From the NCBI GenBank assembly GCA_963806225.1, contig CAWDXG010000004.1, positions 768,001 through 832,000 on the forward strand: a stretch of DNA of 64,000 nt, written 5' to 3'. The first letter of the stretch is position 1, and every line of letters starts with the position of its first letter. The stretch comes from an uncultured delta proteobacterium. GTDB lineage: Bacteria > Myxococcota_A > Polyangia > Polyangiales > Polyangiaceae. The notes beneath the pieces were generated by a model. It did not search any database. It was given only the letters and a program-made list of their open reading frames with translations, and was not told the DNA's origin. The translations under genes and the position numbers were made by a program. Shown here piece by piece: positions 40,271 through 50,462 of the stretch.

Positions 40271-43200
40271 CTACAGCTCGATCTCCGTCGCGCCGGCCGG
40301 CAGGTTCTTCTTCTCCACATGGACCGTGAAGTCCTTGCCATTCCACGCAATGTCCGTGCGCCGGAGCGCCACCGGGCGCTCCCCGGGCTCGCTCCTCAGC
40401 CGAGCCACGAAGCCGGCGCGCGCGGCATCCGAAGTGGAAAGCAGCGCGGACGAGAGCCCTGCGCGCGCCGCATCCGTGACCTCGCCGAGCCCCACATCCT
40501 TGCCGTCCAGACGCTCGACCAGGAGCACATTCTGGTCCAGCTGCTGCCACGTGAGCAGGACCAGCGTGCCGGGCCCACTGAAGAGCTGCAGCTGCTTCAG
40601 CTCACGCTTGATGCTGGCCGCGCGCCGCTTGGGATCCACCGACGGCTGTCCCGGCGCTGCCTTCGGCGGAGTTTCGAGCAGCCCCGCCAGACGCTCGGCG
40701 GACCACAGCCGCGCCCAGCGTCGCGGATCGGTGGGACCCGGGTTGCCCTGCGCGCTGGAGACCTTGCGCTCGATGCGCAGCGCTTCATCCACCCGACCCG
40801 CGCCGGCGGCCGCCGCAGCCAGCCGCAGCCAGCCGAGCGCGTCATCCGGCGCCTCTTCGGTGATCGTCTGGTACTGGCGGTAGGCCGGGTCGTCCCAGCC
40901 GTGCCCGAGGTAGATGTCGCCGAGCAGGCGCCGCGAGGCGATGCTCTCCGGATCGAACTCGACGATCTCGGAGTAGGTGCGCACGGCTTCGTCGGAGAGC
41001 CCCGCACCGGCCAGCACGTCGCCCAGCTGCTGTGCGATGTGCGGCGTCATCAGCCCCTGGTCGCGCAGCCGCCGTCCGATCGCGAGCGCTTCGTCCTTGT
41101 GCCCGGCTTCCACCAAGAGCTTCACCAGGCGGATGCCGCCGTTCGGATCCTCCGGCGCGCGGGCGATGTACTCGCGCAGCTTCTGGATGCGCTTGTCGAG
41201 ATCCGCGATGGCGCTCAGCTCGAGATCCGCCTTGTCCCAGCTCACCGACGAGCCGAACAGCACGCGCTCCACTGCGGCCACCATGCGCGGGTCCACCGAG
41301 CGACGCAGGATCAGCTTGGCCAGGAACTTCTCCACCTCGGGCCGCGCCCGGAAATGGCCGAGCACGACGCCCACGGCCCCCTCGTTGTCGACGTGCTTCT
41401 CGAGCAGCTCGATGAACGTGCGCTCGGCGCGCCAGTTGCCGAGCTCGCAGGCGCGGCGCGCCGCCTCGTAGCGCGCGATCAGCTCCCCAGCGGACTTCGC
41501 CGTGCGCAGGCGTTTGCGCCACAGGAGCACGCGCTGTGCGAGCGGCCGCGCCGCTGCATCGGAGCAGGTCGCGACCTGCACGGGCTTTCGCTCGTCGAGA
41601 TCGAGCTTGCCCGCCTGGAGCGTGTCGCTCGGCTCGTCGCTCTGCTCGCCGTCGCCTTCCGCGTTCTTGTTCTTGCCGAGCAGAGCCAGCGCGCCGCTCC
41701 CGCCCTTCGGCCTGCGTGCGTCGAGGCCGCCGAGACCACCGCCGACCCTACCGGTCCGGCTCCCGTGGCGCGACGGAGCGTAGTGCTTCCGGGGCGCCAT
41801 CTTGGCTTCGTCCTTCGGCCGGTCGCCCTGGTCGTTCGCGGCCTTCTCCTCCGGCTCGGCGACCACGGAAGGCACGGGCGCGGCTTGGGGCACAGGCGCG
41901 GCCGCCGCCGACTGCGGCTTGGCTGCCGGCGCGACGGCGTAGCGCTGGTTGGGCTCCGACTTGGCTCGCATGCCCTGACCTTCCTGTTTCTGCTCGACCT
42001 GCCGCGCCGCGACGGTCTGCTCCTTGTTGCCCGAGCCCGGCTCGAAACGGTCGCAGCCGAACGTCACGGACACGGGTGAAGCGTTCAGCATCGCAGCCAG
42101 CTCTCGCTCGCTCCTGGCGTCCAGCGACGTGAGCTCGACGCCGCGGAGCTTCGAGTGCTTTCGCGGGATCCCCATCTCGGAGTACGCGGCCTCGCTCTCC
42201 AGCGCGAGGATGCTGGTGTACGGCGTCATGAGCCCGTACGTCATGCCGAGCGAGACGATGCGCCCGCGCTCGGCATCTGCGCCGGTGTCCTGGCCGAGCA
42301 GGCGCCGCACGTATTCGGCGGCCCACAGCCGCGGCACGAACGCCGTCAGCACGCCCTTGTCTTTCTCGACGTCGTACTCCTTCGTGAACGGCGTGCCGCC
42401 GAGCCGCCCTTTCACCTTCACCTTCGACGGCAGGTCGTGGTGGGTGCGCGCCAGCACGGTCACCTGCGAGCCGCGCGAGACCTTGCCGCTGGCACTGGTG
42501 AAGACATCGTCGAGCCCGGCGCCGAGATCGATGTCCAGATCGGTGATGGTGGGGACCTTGAGCGCGGCAGCGAGCTGTAGGGCCGTCGACGTCGTCTCTT
42601 CCGCCTCGTCCACCCGCAACATCCGGCCGCCGCCGGCGCGCGCCAGCTCGGCCAAGAGCCCCATGTCGGCGTCCATCCCCACGGCCACGGTAAACAGCCG
42701 CGCGCGCGAGGTCCCGAGCGCGCGACGTAGCCTTTCGACCAGCTGCTCCCCGCTCATGTCGCCGGAAGTGGCGATGCCATCGCCCACGTACACCACAGCC
42801 GGCTGCTCGGTGCCGTGCAACCTGGCCAGCGAGACGTCGAACAGCGACGACAGGTCCGTCGCGCCGCCCGAGGAGTGATCGGCCAGCGCCTCGAGCGCCT
42901 TCGAGATCTCCTGATCGGAAGCCGGCGCCAGACCCTTCGCCGGGTGCAGCACCGTCGCCTTCACGTCGAGCGCGACCAGCGCAAAACGATCGTCGTCGCT
43001 GAGCGCGCGCAGGATCGCCTCCGCGGTGGATGCCTTGAGCTGGCGGCTGGCTTCGTCGCCGGCGGCCGACGTATCCACCACCACCACGACATCACCCCGC
43101 GGCTGCTTCTGCTTGCTGAAGTCCACGTCCGGCGTGTAGCGCGCGAGCACATAGTCGGCGCTGTCGCCCCCCGCCTTGAAGCGCGCCAACCGGAGCGGTG

Positions 43201-44500
43201 GCGGCTTGTCGGACAGCTTCGCTTCGAGCTGGAAGTCCGCGCGCGGCGTGTAACCCGAGCGCCGCATCGTTACGAGCTTGCCTCCCTGCTCGATGCGCGC
43301 ATCGGCCAGCGTCGCGATCTTCATGTTCCTGCCGGCGTCGCCCAGGTCCACCGAAAGCGAGAACTCGCCGATGCGCACGGGATCGCCCGAGCCCATCGGA
43401 TAGATGTACTCGAGCGTGCCGTCATTGTCGGGACGGAGCTCGACGTAGCGGAGCACGACGCGGCGAGTGCCGCCCGCGGGCACCGGATAGATGCGCGCGC
43501 GGTAGGTGTGGCTGTCGACCCACTCGAGGATGGCGGGCGAATGGCCGGTGGCTTTTGCCTCGGTGTACTGCGTCGAAGCCTGGTGCCGCTCGGTGAACTC
43601 GCCCTTCACGAGCACGCCGTTCGTCTCCACCGAGAAGCCCGTGACGCTCGCATGCGACGGGACGGTGAACCAGTACCAGCCCTCCACGTCGCGCTGCCCG
43701 GGATTGAAGAAGGTCTGGTCGACGTCGGTTTCGGCCAACCCATCTCGCACGACGGCCTTGACCACCTGGCGGCTGATCTCGAGGCGGCTCGCCTGGTGTC
43801 CGGCCGGCGCCCCCGTGTCGACGCCGTAGATGGTGCCGCTGCCGGCGCCCGGGATGCCGTTTCCAGAGCGGTAGTCGGCCATGCCGCCCGTCCAGTCGTC
43901 CCAGAAGGACAGAGCAGCGACCTTCGGCGCCGCGGCGCCCTTCACCGTCGCCTGCTCGCCCGCGTTGACCTCGACGCGGCCGGCCTTCGACGTGACGATC
44001 GCCATCCCGCGCGCAACGTAGACGATGGTCGCGCCGTGGGCCTTCTTCACGGAAAGTCCCGCATCCGCCGCGGTGACGGTGACGTCGCCTATGTCGTGGA
44101 CCATCGCCTTGCGATCGGTAGGCGGTGCATCCAGCCAGTACTCGCCCTTGTCGAGCGTCACCGAGTCCGCCCCGAGCTTCACCGCGCTGCCGTCGCGCAT
44201 GAAGATCGTCGAACCGTCGGGCAGCCGCACCAGCGCACGGGCGCCCTTGCCGGTCGAGAGCTTGGCGTTGGCAAGGAGCGCTGTGCCGCTGATGGCGTGC
44301 TGCTCGCCCTTGCCCATGTCGAGCAGCACGTCGCCAGCGGCGAGCTCGAGCCGCGCCTGGATGGCCGGCGCTTTCCTCGGCGGCGCCGGGCGCGTGGCCA
44401 CGTACGCCACCACCGCACCGCACATCGCCAGCGCGAGCACGCCGAGCATCCAACGCAACGCTTTCCGCGATGTCTTCTTTCCGATCGTCGTCTCGCTCAT
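40271..44500 (-). CDS. Membrane-anchored FecR-like + VIT + vWA + TPR protein
   Basis: N-terminal TM helix; 'A.V.LPDGS' FecR-like region; VIT (A.T.VDQTF.N...EG.Y.F, A.LE...F.ARI.PVP); vWA (VVDTS, GATD, DG, LA..GGG); TPYTS..ALE; TPRs. Confidence 0.8.
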   Translation of the reverse strand: MSETTIGKKTSRKALRWMLGVLALAMCGAVVAYVATRPAPPRKAPAIQARLELAAGDVLLDMGKGEQHAISGTALLANAKLSTGKGARALVRLPDGSTIFMRDGSAVKLGADSVTLDKGEYWLDAPPTDRKAMVHDIGDVTVTAADAGLSVKKAHGATIVYVARGMAIVTSKAGRVEVNAGEQATVKGAAAPKVAALSFWDDWTGGMADYRSGNGIPGAGSGTIYGVDTGAPAGHQASRLEISRQVVKAVVRDGLAETDVDQTFFNPGQRDVEGWYWFTVPSHASVTGFSVETNGVLVKGEFTERHQASTQYTEAKATGHSPAILEWVDSHTYRARIYPVPAGGTRRVVLRYVELRPDNDGTLEYIYPMGSGDPVRIGEFSLSVDLGDAGRNMKIATLADARIEQGGKLVTMRRSGYTPRADFQLEAKLSDKPPPLRLARFKAGGDSADYVLARYTPDVDFSKQKQPRGDVVVVVDTSAAGDEASRQLKASTAEAILRALSDDDRFALVALDVKATVLHPAKGLAPASDQEISKALEALADHSSGGATDLSSLFDVSLARLHGTEQPAVVYVGDGIATSGDMSGEQLVERLRRALGTSRARLFTVAVGMDADMGLLAELARAGGGRMLRVDEAEETTSTALQLAAALKVPTITDLDIDLGAGLDDVFTSASGKVSRGSQVTVLARTHHDLPSKVKVKGRLGGTPFTKEYDVEKDKGVLTAFVPRLWAAEYVRRLLGQDTGADAERGRIVSLGMTYGLMTPYTSILALESEAAYSEMGIPRKHSKLRGVELTSLDARSERELAAMLNASPVSVTFGCDRFEPGSGNKEQTVAARQVEQKQEGQGMRAKSEPNQRYAVAPAAKPQSAAAAPVPQAAPVPSVVAEPEEKAANDQGDRPKDEAKMAPRKHYAPSRHGSRTGRVGGGLGGLDARRPKGGSGALALLGKNKNAEGDGEQSDEPSDTLQAGKLDLDERKPVQVATCSDAAARPLAQRVLLWRKRLRTAKSAGELIARYEAARRACELGNWRAERTFIELLEKHVDNEGAVGVVLGHFRARPEVEKFLAKLILRRSVDPRMVAAVERVLFGSSVSWDKADLELSAIADLDKRIQKLREYIARAPEDPNGGIRLVKLLVEAGHKDEALAIGRRLRDQGLMTPHIAQQLGDVLAGAGLSDEAVRTYSEIVEFDPESIASRRLLGDIYLGHGWDDPAYRQYQTITEEAPDDALGWLRLAAAAAGAGRVDEALRIERKVSSAQGNPGPTDPRRWARLWSAERLAGLLETPPKAAPGQPSVDPKRRAASIKRELKQLQLFSGPGTLVLLTWQQLDQNVLLVERLDGKDVGLGEVTDAARAGLSSALLSTSDAARAGFVARLRSEPGERPVALRRTDIAWNGKDFTVHVEKKNLPAGATEIEL

Positions 44501-44672
44501 CTCGTCCTCCGCCTCGTCCGACTCACGCGCGCGCGACACCTTGGGCAACAAAGCACCTGGGTGGCCTCCCCGTTCGAGCTCCCGCGAGCCCGGATGTTCC
44601 GCCGAAAGCGCGCCGCGCCGCAAGGGCCCGCCCGAAGCAGGCCTGCGCGCGGCATATCGGCCGTGACACGCG

Positions 44673-46148
44673 CTAGCGACCGAGGTCGAAAGCGTCGGCG
44701 GCGTTCTGCCGCACCTGCGCCTTGCCGGCGTGCGTCTGGGCAGGCCCGCCCGCCGGTGCCGCTGCGGCGGGCGCCTCGAAGCCTTGCTCGGCCTTGCCCA
44801 GCACGTTGGCCTGGTGCTCGAAGTCCGCGGCTACTTCCTTCTTGCGCGGCTTCGGCGCGGACTTCTCGGCCACTGCGCGCTGGTGCCGCAGCGCATCGAG
44901 GCGCGTCGCGAGCTTGCGTTTGGCCTCGCCTGCGTTCCCCGTGGCAAACAGGTGATTGGCTTCGCGCAGCGTGGACGCCGTTTCGCTGCGTTCGACGCGG
45001 CCCTGCACCAACGGGTCCACCGGCGAAGCGTCGGAAGGATCGCTGACCAGCAACGCCGCCAGGCTACCACGGCAGCTCCCCGGCGAGCGCGCATCGAGAT
45101 CGTCGTAGTCGAGCTTCACGTCCGCGATCGCGCGCTGTCCCGCCGCCCCGCGCGGCACGTGCACGCGCACGAGCAGCGTCTTGGTGTCGCCTGCTGCGAA
45201 GCTGCCCATCGGCACCACGATGCGATCCCCATCGCGCTGGAAGCTGCGGTCGAACACCTGCTCCACCTCGACTCCCGGTGCGAGCGCGATCGTCAGATTC
45301 GTGTCCTTGGTTACCGTGTGGACCAGCGACTGGAGCTCCTTGTCGAACACCGCGGACAGGGCGGACGGGTTCTCGACGAAGTAATGCTCGCCGTTCGATT
45401 CCTGCGCCAGCGCCGTCATGACGCGCTCGTTGTAGTCGACGTCCACGCCGATGGTGCTGATCGCCGCACCCAGATGGCGCACGGTGGACGCAATACGACG
45501 GAACCCCTCGACGTCCCTGACGCCGGCCGTGGCCTCGCCGTCGCTGAGCAGCAGCATGCGCTCGACCATCCCGCCCCTCTTCCGCAGCATGTCCATGCCC
45601 GCGTCGATGCCGCACGAGATGCAGGTATCGCCGCGCGCGACGAGGCCGCTGATGGCGGCTATCGCGCGTTCACGCGAAGAGGCATCGATGGTCGTCGACG
45701 GCACCAGCGTCTCGGTCTGCGTGTTGTAGGCGATCACGCTCACCACGTCACCGTCGCGCAGGCGCCGGATCATGCCCTGCGCCGCCGCGACGGCGTTGTC
45801 GAGCCGCTTGCCTTTCATCGACCCGGAGCGATCGATCACGATGGAGAGCTCGAGCGGCGACGGCGTGCTGGCCACGCTGTCGGCCCCGGCCTTGACCGAA
45901 ACCGACACGAAGGTCTGGTTGTCCTGTCCGGCGACGAGGCGCGCGTTGCCCAGCCGCCCCTCCATCATCAACGTCCTGCCGACCGTGAAGCGCGAGTGGT
46001 CGGGGCCGGGCTGGATGGGCCCGGCAATCGTGGCAATGGGGCCGGGCTCGGGCTCCACGCTCGCGCCCTTCGGCGTGAGCGACCAGACCGTCAGGCTCGT
46101 CAGCATCATCCCCGCCGCCGCCAGAACAGATACACTCCGCACCTTCAT
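44673..46148 (-). CDS. Exported vWA-domain protein (YfbK-like)
   Basis: Signal/TM segment; IDRSGSM MIDAS, G.T, LLSDG and STIGV.VDYNE..M..LA..SNG motifs. Confidence 0.85.
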   Translation of the reverse strand: MKVRSVSVLAAAGMMLTSLTVWSLTPKGASVEPEPGPIATIAGPIQPGPDHSRFTVGRTLMMEGRLGNARLVAGQDNQTFVSVSVKAGADSVASTPSPLELSIVIDRSGSMKGKRLDNAVAAAQGMIRRLRDGDVVSVIAYNTQTETLVPSTTIDASSRERAIAAISGLVARGDTCISCGIDAGMDMLRKRGGMVERMLLLSDGEATAGVRDVEGFRRIASTVRHLGAAISTIGVDVDYNERVMTALAQESNGEHYFVENPSALSAVFDKELQSLVHTVTKDTNLTIALAPGVEVEQVFDRSFQRDGDRIVVPMGSFAAGDTKTLLVRVHVPRGAAGQRAIADVKLDYDDLDARSPGSCRGSLAALLVSDPSDASPVDPLVQGRVERSETASTLREANHLFATGNAGEAKRKLATRLDALRHQRAVAEKSAPKPRKKEVAADFEHQANVLGKAEQGFEAPAAAAPAGGPAQTHAGKAQVRQNAADAFDLGR

Positions 46149-46326
46149 CGCGCGTCTCCCCGGGCCAGGCCCGCCGGAATCGAAAACCCAACGATACGAG
46201 CCCGCCCCAGCTTACAGCCGGCGCGCGCTCCCAGTTGTACGTACGGAGCCCTCGAGGGATCTCCGCCGGTGGCGCGCCTGGATGATTCGCCAAGGATAAC
46301 GCGAATCTAGCAGCCGACCTGGCAGG

Positions 46327-47397
46327 CTAGCGGCGTCGCTTCCGCGGCGCCTCGACGACGTGGACGTCGCTGCCGAGCGTGTCCTGCACGCGGCGGTGGA
46401 GGGTACGCGGCGCTTTTTCGAGCTCGCGGCGGATCTCGGCCAGGGGCCGCTTCGGGATGCCGATGTGGCAGACAGGCTCGCCGGGGCGGATCACTGGCAG
46501 CGTCGTCATGCCCAGCACGATGCCACCGACGGACGCCCGCACAGCCGGGCTCTCGTCGCGGAAGAAGCCATCGCAGGTCGCCAGCGCCGCGCCCTCGTCG
46601 ACCAGCGATCCCGGCGCTACGTGGAAACGCAGGAGGCCGCCCCACTGCGAGCGTATCCAGCGGCTGTGTTCGACGGTAGTCTGGTAGGCCGGACGCACAG
46701 GCCGGGTACCGATCATCCCGAGGTGGGACAACACGTTGTGTACGCCGCGGACGCCCAGCTCTACGACACCCGGCTCGATCTTGAGCGCTTCACCCGCCTC
46801 GACATTGATGGTGGGAACCCCATGCTCGCACGCCACCTGCCTCAGCGAGTGATCGTCGCCCTTCTTGTCGACCGTCACCTCGCAGCCGAACCACTGGGCA
46901 AGCTTCGAGAGCGCGGGCTGCGAGAGATCGGCCCGTACGTGCGGGAAGTTCGTCCGGCCGTGCGCGGCGCTGTGCAGGTCGATGCCGTAGTCGGAGCGCT
47001 GGATTACCTCGTTGAAGATCACGTTCGCGAGCCGGAAGGCGAGGCTGCCTGCTGCATCGCCGGGGAAGCTCCGGTTCAGGTCGCGGCGGTCCGGCAGGTA
47101 GCGGCTGTGCCGTTCGAAACCGAATACGTTGACCACTGGCACCAGGATCAAGGTGCCAGCGTCGAGCTCGAGCTTCTGGAACATCAGGGCACGGATGACG
47201 CCGGTGCCGTTGAGCTCGTCGCCGTGCACGGCGCCCGTCACGAACACGCTCGGGCCCTTGCGCCTGCCGCGCACCACGCGCACCGGCACGCTCACCGGGA
47301 CCCCCATCGACGTCTCGCTGACCTTGAGTGCAATGTCCCGCGTCTCGCCCCGGCGTACCCGGTTGTCACCGATGATGAACGGCTCCGCGCCGCTCAT
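46327..47397 (-). CDS. Succinylglutamate desuccinylase/aspartoacylase (M14-like) protein
   Basis: HGDELNG, RDLNRSFPG, IDLH and EAG motifs; ATGA overlap with rimK. Confidence 0.9.
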   Translation of the reverse strand: MSGAEPFIIGDNRVRRGETRDIALKVSETSMGVPVSVPVRVVRGRRKGPSVFVTGAVHGDELNGTGVIRALMFQKLELDAGTLILVPVVNVFGFERHSRYLPDRRDLNRSFPGDAAGSLAFRLANVIFNEVIQRSDYGIDLHSAAHGRTNFPHVRADLSQPALSKLAQWFGCEVTVDKKGDDHSLRQVACEHGVPTINVEAGEALKIEPGVVELGVRGVHNVLSHLGMIGTRPVRPAYQTTVEHSRWIRSQWGGLLRFHVAPGSLVDEGAALATCDGFFRDESPAVRASVGGIVLGMTTLPVIRPGEPVCHIGIPKRPLAEIRRELEKAPRTLHRRVQDTLGSDVHVVEAPRKRRR

Positions 47398-48584
47398 GAC
47401 GCCGCGCTCGAGCGCGCGCGCGGCGCCTTCTTCTTGCGCCGCCGGCGCTTGTCCGTCGGAATCAGCCCCTTGAGCGTGATGAGCTTGCCGAAGCAGAGCA
47501 GCACGTCACCCGGCAGGATCTCGCTGTCGCCGCGGGGATTCGGCAGGACCACGCTGCCGCGCTTGATGCTGAGGACCTGCACGTCGCGGTCGCGCAGCTC
47601 CGACTCGCGCAGGGTGACGTGCGAAAGCTCCGAGCCCTGCACGACCGGGAACTCGGCGACGCCGTAGCCGCTTTTGAGCGTCAGGCGCTGGCGCAGGTCG
47701 AGCTCCGGAAACAGCACCTGCTCTTCCAGGAGCTCGACCATCGCGTCCGCAACGTCGATGCCCGTCGCGGTCTCGATGCCCTCGAGCCCGGGCGAGGAGT
47801 TGACCTCCATGATCTGCGGACCGTCGTCGCTTTCGAGCATGTCCACGCCGGCAACGCGCAGACCCATGATCTGCGCGGCGTGGATCGCCGTCCGTTCGTA
47901 GAGCGGATCCAGCTCTGCCGGCTCGGCACGCCCGCCGCGATGCACGTTGCTACGGAACTCCTCGCCGGTTGCCATGCGCCGCATCGCGGCCACGACGCGG
48001 TCGCCTACTACGAAAGCGCGCATGTCGCGGCCCTTGCTCTCCTTCACGAACTTCTGGATGAGCACGTTCTGCCGGGCGCTCTGCAGGGTCTCGATGATGG
48101 CCTCGGCGATCTTGTTGTTGTCGGCCAGGATGACGCCGATGCCCTGCGTGCCTTCCAGGAGCTTGATGATCACCGGCGCCCCGCCGACCTGCTCGATGGC
48201 CGGCAGCACGCCTACGCGATCGCGAACGAACGCGGTCGGCGGAACGCCGATCTGGTGGCGGCTGAGCACCTGGCTCGAGCGCAGCTTGTCGCGCGATACG
48301 GTGATCGCCTGCGAGGAGTTGAGCGTGAACACGCCCATCTGCTCGAACTGGCGCACGACGGCCGTGCCGAAGTGCGTGACGGAGGCTCCAATGCGCGGGA
48401 TGACAGCGTCGTAGCGGCTGAGCCGCCGCGAGCGGTAGAACAGATCCGGCTCCCCTGACTCGACCAGCATGCTGAAGCGCAGCGTGTTCAGGATCTTGAC
48501 CTGGTGGCCACGCCGCACGCACGCCTCCCGGAGCCGCCGCGTGCTGTAGGCGCGCGGGCTGCGCGACAGGATCGCGATCTTCAT
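47394..48584 (-). CDS. rimK: RimK-family alpha-L-glutamate ligase with a C-terminal TrkA-C (RCK_C) domain
   Basis: AVIPRIG, RDKLRS.Q, KLLEGTQGIGV, FRSNVHRGG, EVNSSPGLEGIE; tail 'TLRES.LR..DV.VLSIKRG....PNP.GD..I.PGD.L..FG'. Confidence 0.9.
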   Translation of the reverse strand: MKIAILSRSPRAYSTRRLREACVRRGHQVKILNTLRFSMLVESGEPDLFYRSRRLSRYDAVIPRIGASVTHFGTAVVRQFEQMGVFTLNSSQAITVSRDKLRSSQVLSRHQIGVPPTAFVRDRVGVLPAIEQVGGAPVIIKLLEGTQGIGVILADNNKIAEAIIETLQSARQNVLIQKFVKESKGRDMRAFVVGDRVVAAMRRMATGEEFRSNVHRGGRAEPAELDPLYERTAIHAAQIMGLRVAGVDMLESDDGPQIMEVNSSPGLEGIETATGIDVADAMVELLEEQVLFPELDLRQRLTLKSGYGVAEFPVVQGSELSHVTLRESELRDRDVQVLSIKRGSVVLPNPRGDSEILPGDVLLCFGKLITLKGLIPTDKRRRRKKKAPRARSSAAS

Positions 48585-48594
48585 GACGCCCTCC

Positions 48595-49117
48595 TCACTT
48601 GGCACCCTCCCCGGCTGGCGCGCCGCTTCTGGTCGAGCGTGGCGCCGTCCCCTTCTTCTTCTTCTTCCTGCCCCCGGACCGCCTGGGCTGATCGAGAAGA
48701 TAGCGCCGCCCGGTGTCGACGAGGAAGTCATGCGCCAAGGCAGAACGGCCGATCAGCATCCGGAAGATCATCTTCCCCCGATCGACCAGGCTAAGCTCGA
48801 TATCCTTCTCGACCGGACCGATCCGTACGCGGGCGTGAACGAAGATGCGGGTCTGGGCGTCGCCGCTGCTCGGCTTGACCCGGCCGTGGCGCAGAATCGG
48901 CGCCTCCACCGTGACGCGACGGTCCAGGTGGCGGCGATGCAGCCGGACGTTCGAACCTCACCCGGCCGTAGTCGACCTCACGGATGTTCTCGACGTGCAG
49001 TGCGCTGGTACGCGCGCCGGTGTCCATCTTCGCGCGCATGCGCGCGATGTTCCACTCGGGGATGTCGACCAGCTCCGCCCATCCGATCACCATCGGGTCG
49101 TGATGTTCCGCTGCCAC
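48595..49117 (-). pseudogene. RimK-associated retropepsin-like protease (RimB / 'ATP-dependent zinc protease'), +1 frameshift near 48950
   Basis: IGW.E.V, AKMDTGARTSALH in one frame; VKPSSG..Q.R and LVDR.KM.FRMLIGR.AL in another. Removing one base from TTC-GAA-C-GTC gives F-D-V-R-L-H. Confidence 0.8.
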
Positions 49118-50462
49118 GACCGGTCACACTAGCGCTTCCAGGGACGACCCGCTTGACGAATCGGCCGGCGGGCAGCGGCGCGTCGGCGCTCTCGTGGTTC
49201 AGCAGGACGAGCCGGTCGAGACCCGTGCGGCTCGAGGAAAGGCGCCGGAGCGTGGTGGAGTGCCGCAACCGGACCACGGACAACCGGCCGGGATGCACCT
49301 CGGAGAGGGCCGGGTCCCGGATCGGTGACAGACCGCCCAGCACATGCCTGTCGGACGCCTGCCCGCCACCGATCAACAGGAAAGCGTGGCCCCGCGCTTC
49401 GAAAAGCGCGAATTCGACGGCATTCCTTTCGCCGGCAATCGGCTGTCGCACCAGCGCGGAGAAGCCCGCAACGCGCTCGTGGACCAGCTCGTCGTGACGC
49501 ACATCGTCGTCGAAGAACGCCGCCCGCGCTCCTGCGATAGTCGCATGGCGCGTGCGGAACAGGAGCATGAGCTCGTGCCCCCCCGGCGCGTGCGCGACCA
49601 GCGTACCGTCCTCGACGCTGGAGCTCCATCCATCGGGGAGCCGCAAACTGAAGCCTGCGTCCGGACGCACGAAGCGATCCTCGTCGACGTAGCCGTGTCG
49701 CGGATCGTCGCCGTATTCGAGCCCGTCGATCGCCGCCAGGTAGCTGGCCCGCGCCCGGCGGCCGCGCGGCAGAGGCAGAGCGGCCCGCGCTGCGCGTGCG
49801 ATACGCGCCGTCGTGGACGGATGGTCGTCCCACAGCGACGAAGCGCCATGATCGCCCTCTGCTTGCTCGACCTCGGCGAGCGCGGAAAGCATCCCGGCCA
49901 CGGCGCGCGGCTCGTAGCCGGCAGCGGCCACGTAGCGTACCGCGAGCTGGTCGGCCTCGCGCTCGTTGTCGCGCGAGCGCTCGTAGAAGTGGATCAGGTC
50001 GGCGCGCGTCGGCTCGTAGGGCTGCTCTTCCAGCCAGGAGTGCTCGGCGAGCGAGTGACGCGCGGTGACGTGACCGATCTCGTGTCCGAGCACGGCCGCC
50101 AGCTCCGCCTCCGAGCCGAGCTCGGCGAGCATCCCGCGGGTAACGTAGACGTAGCCGCCCGGAAACGAGAAGGCATTGACGGCAGAGCGGTCGAACACGC
50201 GGAAAGTCCAGCGGCAAGAGCTCTGCTGCGTCTGTCGCGCGACGCGCCCGCCCACCTCCTGCACGTAGCTATCAACCCGCGCATCGCGGTACAGCTCGTA
50301 GCGACGGCGGAGCGCGGCGTCGATCCAGCGGCCCATCTTCTCCTCGCTGTGCGCGCGCGGGCACGCCGCCTGGGTGCCGTGCGGTTGCACGCGCCGGGGC
50401 GGCCGGATCGGCGTGCTGCAGGCCGCAAATGCCATGAGCGCGAGCGCTCCGGCGCGTCTCAC
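48978..50462 (-). CDS. M48 family metalloprotease lipoprotein (BepA/YfgC-like)
   Basis: FAAC lipobox, NAFS.PGG, HEIGH, SR..E.EAD and HP motifs; GTGA overlap at the start. The 3' end is suspicious (overlaps the next gene by 140 nt). Confidence 0.85.
   Translation of the reverse strand: MRRAGALALMAFAACSTPIRPPRRVQPHGTQAACPRAHSEEKMGRWIDAALRRRYELYRDARVDSYVQEVGGRVARQTQQSSCRWTFRVFDRSAVNAFSFPGGYVYVTRGMLAELGSEAELAAVLGHEIGHVTARHSLAEHSWLEEQPYEPTRADLIHFYERSRDNEREADQLAVRYVAAAGYEPRAVAGMLSALAEVEQAEGDHGASSLWDDHPSTTARIARAARAALPLPRGRRARASYLAAIDGLEYGDDPRHGYVDEDRFVRPDAGFSLRLPDGWSSSVEDGTLVAHAPGGHELMLLFRTRHATIAGARAAFFDDDVRHDELVHERVAGFSALVRQPIAGERNAVEFALFEARGHAFLLIGGGQASDRHVLGGLSPIRDPALSEVHPGRLSVVRLRHSTTLRRLSSSRTGLDRLVLLNHESADAPLPAGRFVKRVVPGSASVTGRGSGTSRPDGDRMGGAGRHPRVEHRAHAREDGHRRAYQRTARREHP

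Noticed and set aside
46205..46245. ECF-type promoter (AAC-N17-TGTAA) upstream of the vWA gene
   Set aside because: Match too weak to support without a PWM.
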